From positions 1 through 37,802 of the forward strand of contig MRSU01009989.1 of the NCBI GenBank assembly GCA_008369845.1: a DNA stretch of 37,802 nucleotides, written 5' to 3'. This DNA comes from Trichomonas gallinae. Lineage: Eukaryota. Made by a program: the position numbers and the translations under genes. Numbering within the stretch: position 1 is the first letter of the stretch; every line of letters starts with the position of its first letter. The notes below the pieces were generated by a model. The model searched no databases, was not told the origin of the DNA, and worked only from the letters and a program-made list of their open reading frames with translations. Shown here in pieces: positions 21,910 through 31,245 of the stretch.

Positions 21910-23373
21910 TTAAACCAATATAAGTGTTGAAACAATTTGCTTGAACTTCGGTCCAAGCTCTGCAGCCTTTGTCAGGAACTTTGTACCAGCAACTTTGCAT
22001 TTTTCTTTGGCAACAGTTACAACTGGCTCGAGATATGGTTGTAACTTTTCGAAGAACTCAATATCAAGTGTGGCAACAAGGTAAAAGCTAATAATATCAA
22101 ATATTGTGTCTGTCATTTCTTCATCCCTCATCAATTCGCCGAACTGTGGAGTTAATGAACTGAATAGTTGCTTCCAAATCTGTGCTGATGTGGAGTCCAT
22201 TGGCTGCTTGAGGAGAAGCTTGCATAGAGCGAACTCAACATCCCATTGGCTAAGTGGGATTGACTGAATATGTTGAATAACTGTTGAGTTGACAGCAGCA
22301 ATGTTCCATGTGTTTGTGAGTCTGCCGAGTTGAAGATTTCCAACTGGTGTTTCAACAGAGCATCTTTCTGTGCAGACTTGATAAATATTATCCGCGCCAA
22401 TCTTCTTGAATAAGGAAATAAGTAATGTGGATGAAATGGCACCAAGTTCAGAAACAAGGTGAAGGGCTAATGAGAGGATTTCTATTCGATCTGAATTTTC
22501 AATAATATGCGTTAACAAAGCTTCTTGTGATGCATCTATCAATAATTGAACAAGAGCAGCCTGCATAATAGGTCTCTTATCATCAACAAAGTCTGCAATA
22601 ACAGGAAGATAAGTTTGAATTAAATCTCCGCGAATTGGAGAGATATATCTTAAAATATGTACGGCATATGGTTGATATTCAGTCTCCTTGAGGCCACTCT
22701 CGATGTAAGAAGAATAAAGATCGCATAATCTCGAAGAGAAAATTCTTTCCTCCATAACTGTGTGCGCTAAGACAACGTAACGCGATTCTTCATCTTCTAT
22801 GCATTCAAGGATCTTAGAAACGCGTGCATCGCGAGAAGCTTCATCTGATTCTGTATGTGAAAATATTAATTTAACAATTGGAGAGAGTAATTCCCTGTTA
22901 CTGAGGTGTGGGCTATATAAATTAAACGCATATTTCATAAACAATGTAGCTAAGTTTTGTGGATCAGTTTCTGCAGCTGTTAATGCTAAACTTGAAAGAA
23001 AATCGAATAAATCTGGTGCCTCGATAGCTTGTTTCGACATAAAACGGTGGAATCTAGCGAAATCTGATGAATTCGATGAAAATATTTGAGCGAGATTTCT
23101 AATATAACGAGCTTTGAGAAGTTCAACGTATTTCAGCAAAATTCCTGGTGGAGGACTCGATACTGGTGAAAATGCGAAGATGACTGGATCTACAGCTCCA
23201 GTATGTGATTTTTTGTTTGCAATGCATGCATCAATCGCAGCAGTGTATGTTTGAGGGTTATTATGCTCGGTATGTATAAACTCTGAAAGGGCCTGATTGA
23301 GCAGGTCAAACAAGCCAACAGAAATTGTCCTCCCTTTCGCAGCTTTGTGTTTAGTTGTCGCTGCTTTCGACAT
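21910..23373 (-). CDS. Hypothetical alpha-helical (ARM/HEAT-like) protein, 487 aa
   Basis: Long intact Leu-rich ORF with HEAT-like segments (YLPVIADFVDDKRPIMQAALVQLL). Confidence 0.75.
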   Translation of the reverse strand: MSKAATTKHKAAKGRTISVGLFDLLNQALSEFIHTEHNNPQTYTAAIDACIANKKSHTGAVDPVIFAFSPVSSPPPGILLKYVELLKARYIRNLAQIFSSNSSDFARFHRFMSKQAIEAPDLFDFLSSLALTAAETDPQNLATLFMKYAFNLYSPHLSNRELLSPIVKLIFSHTESDEASRDARVSKILECIEDEESRYVVLAHTVMEERIFSSRLCDLYSSYIESGLKETEYQPYAVHILRYISPIRGDLIQTYLPVIADFVDDKRPIMQAALVQLLIDASQEALLTHIIENSDRIEILSLALHLVSELGAISSTLLISLFKKIGADNIYQVCTERCSVETPVGNLQLGRLTNTWNIAAVNSTVIQHIQSIPLSQWDVEFALCKLLLKQPMDSTSAQIWKQLFSSLTPQFGELMRDEEMTDTIFDIISFYLVATLDIEFFEKLQPYLEPVVTVAKEKCKVAGTKFLTKAAELGPKFKQIVSTLILV

Positions 23374-23492
23374 TTTTAGTAACGTATTGAAAAGTGACTT
23401 TAATGTTGGGTCTGCTAAAAATATTCAGGGGGTTAATTTACGTGACAAATTCGATGTTTTTGACATTTTACGAAGTCAGAATCTTTTTTTAT

Positions 23493-23962
23493 ATGAGTCT
23501 GTGCTCACGAAAAATATCGTACCTACTTTTGTACAAAGAGATAGAATTGTACAAATAAATTCGACACCAGCAGCGAAATTGGACAAAGAATTAGAAAATG
23601 ATACAAGAAATAGATTCAAAACAGAAGCATTTACATCTCTTTTTTATCAACCTCAGCCTATAAAATATGAACCACAACTTGCTTTAACATATCAACAGAA
23701 GAAAAGACCTCAAATCAGATGCGAAAACACGCATCGTCATATTGCCGAAAAAATGTAGCCAAACGTGCACATAAACTATCATCCATTCACAATAGAGTCA
23801 TCAACAACGGAAAGCGAAAGTGAATTTGAAGGAAGATCTAATTATCGCTCTGAAATCATCAGATCAATTCCTGCAGGACGTTCTTCTTTAAAGAAAGAGC
23901 GTCTTTCTCAGAAAAAGCTTACACCTAAAGGCCGCGAATTGTTAGAATCTCTTTCTATATAG
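23493..23962 (+). pseudogene. Disrupted ~156-aa hypothetical gene (1-bp frameshift near 23510-23514 and in-frame TAG 23756-23758)
   Basis: ATG 23493 (MSLCSRK) needs one extra base in the A5 run to join the frame NIVPTFVQRD...AEKM*PNVHINYHPF...LLESLSI*. ORF-track pieces 23297..23758 and 23765..23962 are the same frame split by one TAG. Confidence 0.6.
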
Positions 23963-24486
23963 ATTTGTTTGTTTTGTTCTCTTATCTTTTTTGAATTTAA
24001 GAATTTCATATGATATATAACTTAAGAATCTTTAAGTATCATGATTATATCACGATTTTTATATTTCAGCATGAGATTTCACAAGATGTTGAACAAAAAT
24101 TAAATTCACAATTTTTTTTTTAATCTCATAGTGTTGCCATGATCAGCTGATGAATGTATAGAACTATTATCACACAATTGCATAATCAATTCGATAAAAT
24201 GGGTCAATTAATTATTTCCTAGGAGAAATATCGCGATGAAGGAAGCTAAAGTCATAAATATCTTTCATCCGCTAGCAAAGCAAGTATGCAACTGATCTTT
24301 CTAAAAATTCTTTCATAGAAACGAAAATAATCCATTAACACACTTTTGAAAAAAAAACTGCCAAATAAAAACAATTTTGCCAGATTATTTGATTTTACAA
24401 AACAATTTTGTCAAATTTTAAATTTGTCAAAATCGAAAAAAACATTAGGATATCTTTCATTATTTCCAAAGTTACAACTTTATATA

Positions 24487-25633
24487 ATGCGATTAGATCT
24501 ATTGTACCTATTCTCCACTTTCAATATACTTCCTCAGCAAGACGATGGTAAGTAATAATAGGATTACCGGTCCAGGCCCAATATTACTTGATACAGCATA
24601 CAATGGCACGTATTGGAATGATAGTGGCCGATTTACCTTCCTTTATCCCTGCAGCGACAGAAGTTTTTGCTATAGCATCGCAATTTTTCTTAATCCTGGC
24701 AAATACAAGCTTGAAGCATACGGTGCCAGTGGTGGATACACAAATAATCGCGTTACATCTCCCCGAAATCCAAATAATCCGATCGAGTGTATAAATGAAG
24801 AAGAGATTTTGTCAGTTGACGGTAATTATTCGTGTCCTAAAACTGATTCTAACGCTGGTGCTGGTGGATATGCCTCAGGAGTGTTGACTACTAATGTTGG
24901 TGTAAATCTTTTCATCAATATTGGCGGCCAAGGCTGCTACGCGCGAGAAAATGAATGCCTGGGTGGATACAATGGTGGAGGTGCCGCCATTTCGAATGTT
25001 AACAATAATTTTGGATCTTCAGGCGGCGGTGCTACCGATTTTAGAGTACGAGAAGATTCCCTCTTCACCAGAATTCTTGTTGCTGGTGGCGGAGGTGGTG
25101 CAGATAACCCTCATGGATACTTAGGAGGCCAAGATGATGGCACAGGAGGCGCTGGAGGATATCCAGGACAAGGATACTTCGCTGATGGAAAGTATATAAG
25201 CTCGAAGGAAGTCACGACTTTGTCAGGTTTCTCATTTGGCAACGGAATGGAATATCACACTCTATATGAGAGTGCTGGAGCGGGAGGTGGTTTCTTCGGA
25301 GGCTATGCTGATGGAGGAATCAACGCTGGCGCGAGTGGTGGCTCATCATTCGCTTTGAATCGAAATATTCCTGTCCCAAAATTTCGTTTGCAAGTGAAGG
25401 CCGGAAATGGTACAGTCATCGAAGAAGGATACTACAAACTGTCTGAGATAGGCAAATATGAACTTAATGACGTCAAGTTTGTTACAGGTGCCAACATTGG
25501 CAATGGCTACGCACGCATTACAGTTCTTGAGTCATATCCCATTCGATATATTCCATTTGTTTGCACAGTTCGAAGTAACATAGCTTTTTGGATGATTTGC
25601 ATTAATTTCATCACGCCAATCATTACATTATAA
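24487..25633 (+). CDS. Glycine-rich (ALK/LTK Gly-rich-domain-like; 'PE-PGRS/loricrin-like' trichomonad family) protein, apparently frameshifted near 24545-24553
   Basis: FLYPC...PGKYKLEAYGASGG, GAGGYASG, GGYNGGG, SGGGATDFR, RILVAGGGGG, GAGGGFFGG, GNGYARIT. The leader MRLDLLYLFSTFNILPQQDDG (ATG 24487) is 1 nt out of frame with the body; the fallback start is ATG 24545. Confidence 0.8.
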
Positions 25634-25639
25634 AAAGTA

Positions 25640-25970
25640 AAAAGCTCTATGTAAGTATTGATGAATGAGTCCTTCAGTTCTGTGTTACAACACAGTTTGT
25701 CGCCAAGGTTAAACAGAGCTGGGCGAGTAAGCGAATGTAAGTGAGCTTTGACTTCAACTACTTTCGTCTTCTTAGGCATCAGACTGAGCGTAATATCTGT
25801 CTTGTTGGTCTAATGAGTCTTCAACTGATTGAGTTCAATTTACAGTGGTTCTTCTTGTTGTTTGGACTCGGTTTGTATTCGCGGAGTTTGAGTTCAATTT
25901 CCTGTTCAATGAATTGAGCATTGGTCTCATCTTGCTTTGCATCATAGCCAGTTTCATTGTCAACAGGATT
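25640..25970 (-). pseudogene. Decayed gene fragment, origin unknown
   Basis: Higher-GC, codon-like sequence (NPVDNETGYDAKQDETNAQFIEQEIELKLREYKP… / …MPKKTKVVEVKAHLHSLTRPALFNLGDK) broken by stops and frameshifts. Confidence 0.4.
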
Positions 25971-26513
25971 TTAATTCAAGTGAATGTTTGAATGTATGAA
26001 TGTTATAGATAATGGTCATCTTCTGTTGTACCAATAAATTACTTTTAGATGATCAAATCTGATGATACATGTTGAAACGAAATATTCAAATTCGAAAATG
26101 AACAATTTTCCATTTTAAGCGCAGATGAAACGTAATATATGATACTCTAATTGTTATTCTATTAGTTAAACTGTTTAAAAACAAGTTTACTGAATTTGCA
26201 AATATTTGTCATGTAAATTTGAATTACACTGCATTCTCGAAATATTTGTCATTTTTGGAAAAATAGAAAAAATTCGAAACAATAATGAGAATTGATAACA
26301 AAATGAGTGACAATAGTTAAAGCCATCTTCAGCAGTATAATTTTCCATCAGCAGTCATCCAATAAATCAATCTATGGCTGACAAAGGAATGCTAACACGC
26401 CTGCAAATGAAAAATTGCCAAAGATGTAGTTTACATGTGGATCATTTTTACATGACAAAAAATATAATTTACATGGCAGTTTTAAAAAACTCGGCTGAGT
26501 ATTTTTCTTATAA

Positions 26514-28529
26514 ATGAATACTGATCTTTTTATAGAATTAAATCAAAGATACTTAGATGTAAGTGAAGACAATCTCCAAGAGACAGCTGCTTACATTGCA
26601 AATTGTGAAATAGGATTAACAAGTATTGGCCGAACAATTATTGCCCAATACTTCATTAAAACATTTCGAGTTAGACCTAAAAAATTCGATCTCATTGCAG
26701 ATTTATTCGTCGAAACTATAAAATTACCGTCAATTTATAACATAAAAGAAATACCTACAAAATTATTAGACTACAGCTTCGGTTATGACAATGAATCAGA
26801 TTACAAAGTTAGAATACGTGCGTTCTACTTCATCAGAAAGCTCGTTAAAAAGGGCGTTTTCGATGTAAGTAAAGATATTATTCCACGAGTTTTAGATCAC
26901 GTTGATGAAAATGAAAATTGTCGTCCTTACATCTTTAATTGCTGCTGCTGGGCACCGGAAGTCGATGCTGTTTCCCCTGGTTTCTTTGATGAAGTTCATA
27001 TTAATAGGCAACACATAGAAGACATCGATTTACTCAAAGATTTCTTCGACAATTACGATAAAATAAGAGCAAATAATTGGGATTTATTCCATAGAAGTAT
27101 CGAAAACGAAGAAGTTCCTGGAAGCATCGTAGATATTATCATGAAAGACGATTTAGACGCCTTTGTTGCTCTAAGTACAAGTGAGCCTGACTTTGATTAC
27201 AATGGCGTTATTCCAATAAGCTTTTTCGAGCATCGAACAATGTTACAAAGACAATCTAAATACATACACGCAGCTGCATTCTTCGGTTCTATCCAAATCT
27301 TGAAGTTTTTACTTGTTAGCAATGTTCCTATCAATGAACAAGATGGATTTAGTTATTACACTGCGCAATATGCTGTTTGCGGCGGCTCCATTGAAGCTGT
27401 TAGACTCTGTGAGCAGCACGGTGCTAATTTTTTGGGTTCCGCGCAATTAGCCATAGAATATTTCCAGCCTGAAATTTTAAACTGGATTTACGAAAATCTA
27501 CCGAAAACAGTATGGTCATTGGACATGTTTAACCGTGGCCGTATCCACAACGCTTCTCTCGTCGGAAATCTTGCTGCATTTATTGATGCAGTAGAAACAG
27601 GCGATAAAATCAACCAAATGATGGAAGGCGCACAGCCAATTATACTCGCAATCAAATGCAATAGTTTTGAGATCGTCATGTATATATTATCTATGGGAAT
27701 TTCATTTAAAGAGCTCAAAAAGGTTAAATACGAGCACCAGACCTTAATGCAAGTCGCTATAACTTATTCTAAAGATGAAATGATTGACTTCCTGATCGAA
27801 CAAATGCCAGAGTGGGACCATTGGTTCGCATTCATACCGGATGTTGACGACTTGTTCTTCGCGATCCAAATGAGAAGGCCTTCTTTGATAATGAAATTCG
27901 CTGAGAGAATGAATTTGGCATCAGACCCTTCGAGAAGACATTTCTTGCATACAGCAATAAATCTGGGCTCATTCAGGGCAATAAGGATAATGGCGCAGAA
28001 GCCAGAATGGTTCCCATTTAAGCCAGATTTATTGCCGCTAAACATTAATTCATTGGAGCCGCTTTTGAATTTATTGATAGAGCTTGGAATAATATCTAAA
28101 GACAGGAAGGAGCTACCTGATTATGCACAGCCTGGTTACAAATATCAAAGGAAAGCCACAGATTATATTAAAGAAAAAACAGGATTAATGCCTGATCCAT
28201 TTTGGATATGTGGAACAAATAAAGTTTCTAGTGGATCTGTAATTGAAGCACTCCTTATGTCACTTGCCCAAGGTGATTCAGATATTGCATTTGATAGAGA
28301 TCAAAATTTACTGACTTTCGGTGCAGATATAATAGGACCACTCGCATATAACCATTCCAACGTGGAATTTGATGAGGATTTGTCATATGAAGAAGATGAC
28401 CTAGAAATACAAATGGAAGAGGAAGAAGAGGATGGTGAAATAGCAGAATTAACTGCAGAAGATATAAGAAACCTTATAGAAAGACTCCATCCTGATCATG
28501 AGGAAGAAGAAGACCACGATCCTCAATAG
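26514..28529 (+). CDS. Ankyrin-repeat protein (DUF3447-associated trichomonad type) with acidic tail
   Basis: IVDIIMKDDLDAF, YIHAAAFFGSIQILKFLL, TAQYAVCGGSIEAVRLCEQ, AIEYFQPEILNWI, QPIILAIKCNSFEIVMYIL; D/E-rich C-terminus. Confidence 0.9.
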   Translation: MNTDLFIELNQRYLDVSEDNLQETAAYIANCEIGLTSIGRTIIAQYFIKTFRVRPKKFDLIADLFVETIKLPSIYNIKEIPTKLLDYSFGYDNESDYKVRIRAFYFIRKLVKKGVFDVSKDIIPRVLDHVDENENCRPYIFNCCCWAPEVDAVSPGFFDEVHINRQHIEDIDLLKDFFDNYDKIRANNWDLFHRSIENEEVPGSIVDIIMKDDLDAFVALSTSEPDFDYNGVIPISFFEHRTMLQRQSKYIHAAAFFGSIQILKFLLVSNVPINEQDGFSYYTAQYAVCGGSIEAVRLCEQHGANFLGSAQLAIEYFQPEILNWIYENLPKTVWSLDMFNRGRIHNASLVGNLAAFIDAVETGDKINQMMEGAQPIILAIKCNSFEIVMYILSMGISFKELKKVKYEHQTLMQVAITYSKDEMIDFLIEQMPEWDHWFAFIPDVDDLFFAIQMRRPSLIMKFAERMNLASDPSRRHFLHTAINLGSFRAIRIMAQKPEWFPFKPDLLPLNINSLEPLLNLLIELGIISKDRKELPDYAQPGYKYQRKATDYIKEKTGLMPDPFWICGTNKVSSGSVIEALLMSLAQGDSDIAFDRDQNLLTFGADIIGPLAYNHSNVEFDEDLSYEEDDLEIQMEEEEEDGEIAELTAEDIRNLIERLHPDHEEEEDHDPQ

Positions 28530-28922
28530 AAAATTTTATTCTATAGAAAATTGTGTATATTATATATAAATTGTACTTATTTCTTGATGTTTACTAACTT
28601 TCCAACTGCATTTTTGACATAACTAATTCATTTTTATTCCTTGATAATAAATCAAATGCAAAGATAGCTATAATTATGCTCATTACTCATAAAAATATGC
28701 AGTTATTATGTTAAAAGCTAAGATTTTCTCAATAATTAAAAAAAATATTATCAGCTATTCTCAAAAATGAGTTTTGAAGTAAAATTACGTAAAGAAGTAT
28801 AATAGTAAACCCATGCGATATCAAATCAACGAAAATATTGTATTGTCATCGTAAACAGCAACAATAATTTGGCCGCATTATAAAAATCGTTTTTTTCGGC
28901 GTAATTTTATACACTATATCGT

Positions 28923-29117
28923 TTATTTAAGGAGGCGTGAAACAAGGTGTAACAAGAGTGTAACAGCAATGAGGCCCGCAGAAATGAAAATAGCGGCCTC
29001 TGGTGTACAATCGATGCCGACGTGCTGCTTGGACTTCTTTCCTGTTGAAAACATGCCGCCACCAATTGATGTCGTCGTGGCAACAGTAACAGTGCCGGAG
29101 CCGGATCCCTTAGCCAT
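28923..29117 (-). CDS. SEC61B: Protein translocon subunit Sec61 beta
   Basis: 64 aa; G/S/T-rich N-terminus then GIDCTPEAAIFISAGLIAVTLLLHLVSR, matching the Sec61beta G-x3-P…LH tail anchor. Confidence 0.82.
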   Translation of the reverse strand: MAKGSGSGTVTVATTTSIGGGMFSTGKKSKQHVGIDCTPEAAIFISAGLIAVTLLLHLVSRLLK

Positions 29118-29304
29118 TATATACTGTCAGTCTGACGGTAAGATCACTTTTCATTACGAAATCTTTGACACCTTTAAATTCTTCATTTTTGGCTTTTTAA
29201 TAGTGAATAGCGTGGAAATTGACAAATTTTTTTAGATTTTGCAATAAAATCACATTAATTTGCAATATTTTGTTTTTTTTTATAGCTATTTCAGGTTCTC
29301 GGAA

Positions 29305-29660
29305 CTATTTATTGTGCTATATTAGTGCATTAATGACTATCAAATAACTCTAACATGCATATCAATCAGATTATTGAAAATTGAAAATATTTTATTGGTA
29401 ACAAGCACTGAAAAGTACATATTGTGTTATCTTAGTGAATTAATGACTATCTGATAACTTTAATATGGGTTTCAATCAGAATATTGAAATTCAAAATATT
29501 ATATTGTAATATCATGAAAGAAAGAATTCATGCTGTATTATATTAGTGAAGTAATGGCTATATTATAACTTTAATAGTTTGAAATTTTTGTTTATATCAA
29601 ATATTGAGAGATTCATATTGTATTATATGAATGCATTAATAATGATCTAATAATTCTTAT
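29305..29660 (+). repeat. Degenerate ~110-bp tandem repeat, about 3.5 copies
   Basis: Core ttagtgMatTAATGRCTAT at 29322, 29432 and 29543 (periods 110 and 111) plus a truncated copy near 29611-29650. Confidence 0.75.
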
Positions 29661-29668
29661 GTGCTATT

Positions 29669-29795
29669 GAGCTTGATGCAAAAATAAAAGCAAAAATCAA
29701 AAATGGCTGCATATTATATGCATAGTTTCAATCTAAATTCGTCATCAAACTTGTTGAATTTGATGCCAACGTCAAAGCTTATGACAGATTTGTGA
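29669..29795 (+). pseudogene. Ankyrin-repeat gene relic
   Basis: Reads ELDAKIKAKIKNGCILYA*FQSKFVIKLVEFDANVKAYDRF, a decayed GANINAKDKNG-type ankyrin. Confidence 0.5.
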
Positions 29796-30426
29796 ATGGA
29801 GAAAAAAATGATAAAGACGTTCCAAAATCGATGTGAATGACTTATATCTGTTTGTATTGTGGTAACAATCGATATGAAAATGGAAATATGGTTAGAAATG
29901 CATTTTTACATATCAAGGGGAAAAATAGATCATATTAGAGAAACCTTTTGATGATTTCGTTGAATTTGAAACAATGTTATAGAAAGTTTTGTATTGTTGT
30001 GGCATTGCAAAAGAAATCAATATATGATGTTAGGCAAAATATAATTGATTTTTATTATTTTGTGAATTGGTTCTGAATATTAAGCAAATCAATCTATAAA
30101 TAGTCTATAACTGCCATTAGTGCAACATCCATGAATTTTATACAAATCTTGGATAAATTCAAGTTGGTTCGAAAATTCTTGATCAGAACTCAATACAAGC
30201 TTTTATATTAGCGAGAAAACATAACATTTATATGCAGCGATCGTTAAATAGAACGGTTTCCGATCATATGATCCAAAAAAAGTGAAAATTATCGAAATTT
30301 TCGTCTTTAAAAAAAATTCATTGTAAAAATGGTTTATATGTGATATATGATTGTTTTATCAAGAAAAAAGTTAGTCGCACTATTTGACACTTTTGTGATG
30401 CGACTCATCAAATCATTTTCAAGATA

Positions 30427-31245
30427 ATGAGCGCAATAAGCATTGTCGAAGCATTCAAGACACGCCATTCAGTCAGAACATTTCTTCCTGATTTTCCATC
30501 AGATAAAAAACAATTTGTTGAGGAAACAGTCCGCGAATGTTCAAATATCCCAGGCCCATTCGGTACATCAGCAGAAATAGGTGTCACAGAAAGCGGAATC
30601 GGTAAATTAGGTTTCCATTCAAATGAATCCGGATGGATTGTATTGAAAGTCCCATCTACTGTTACTGATAACGATGAGTATCTCAAATATTGCATGGATG
30701 CGGCATTTAAGGCGAGTATCGCTGTAATGAGAATGATTCAAAATGGAATCGGAACATGCTGGGTCGGTGGAACATTTAACCGCAGCCTTGTTGAATCACG
30801 CTTCCCAGGATATAAGATTCCATGTGTTGCTTGTTTCGGAATTGAAACAAAGAAAAGATTCTTGGAAAAAGTTGCTAAAGCATTCCAGAATGATGACAGA
30901 TACAAATTCCCTAAAATATACTACGATGAGGTCGCCAAAGCTCCACTTAAAACGATTGATGGAAAAATTAATGAATTATTGGAATGCATCAGATGGCTTC
31001 CATCAGCTTACAACAACCAATCATGGAGGTGCACAGTCAACGCAAACGAATGCACTTTCAAAGTGTTCGATCACTACAAAATGGACGGAAAATATTCGCA
31101 ATTTGACATTGGAATCTTTTTGTCAGGCTTCTACTTGTACACTGACGGAAAGTGCTCTTACAAAGTTGAAGACATAAAAGATGAGTTCCCATCTGGAGGA
31201 AAATATATCTGCACAGTATCAATTCCAAAGGAATTATTGGCATAA
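30427..31245 (+). CDS. Nitroreductase-family flavoprotein (two-domain type)
   Basis: EAFKTRHSVRTF (FMN-binding RxSxR), GIGTCWVGGTF, second-domain IRWLPSAYNNQSWR and FDIGIF; Inr at 30413. Confidence 0.9.
   Translation: MSAISIVEAFKTRHSVRTFLPDFPSDKKQFVEETVRECSNIPGPFGTSAEIGVTESGIGKLGFHSNESGWIVLKVPSTVTDNDEYLKYCMDAAFKASIAVMRMIQNGIGTCWVGGTFNRSLVESRFPGYKIPCVACFGIETKKRFLEKVAKAFQNDDRYKFPKIYYDEVAKAPLKTIDGKINELLECIRWLPSAYNNQSWRCTVNANECTFKVFDHYKMDGKYSQFDIGIFLSGFYLYTDGKCSYKVEDIKDEFPSGGKYICTVSIPKELLA

Noticed and set aside
23756..23758. TAG reassigned to Gln (alternative genetic code)
   Set aside because: Other genes end normally at TAG (3086, 28529) and TAA, and long ORFs have no internal stops.
24141..24298. 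C/D snoRNA or hammerhead suggested by CTGATGA and downstream CTGA
   Set aside because: No proper terminal stem flanking the boxes, no recognisable rRNA guide and no hammerhead stems with GAAA.
24548..24561. 14-nt GTAAGT…AG micro-intron
   Set aside because: Does not restore frame, is shorter than known trichomonad introns and lacks the CTAAC branch-point/3' motif.
29305..29660. CRISPR-like array
   Set aside because: Whole units are similar rather than unique spacers, repeats are degenerate, no cas genes, eukaryotic context.
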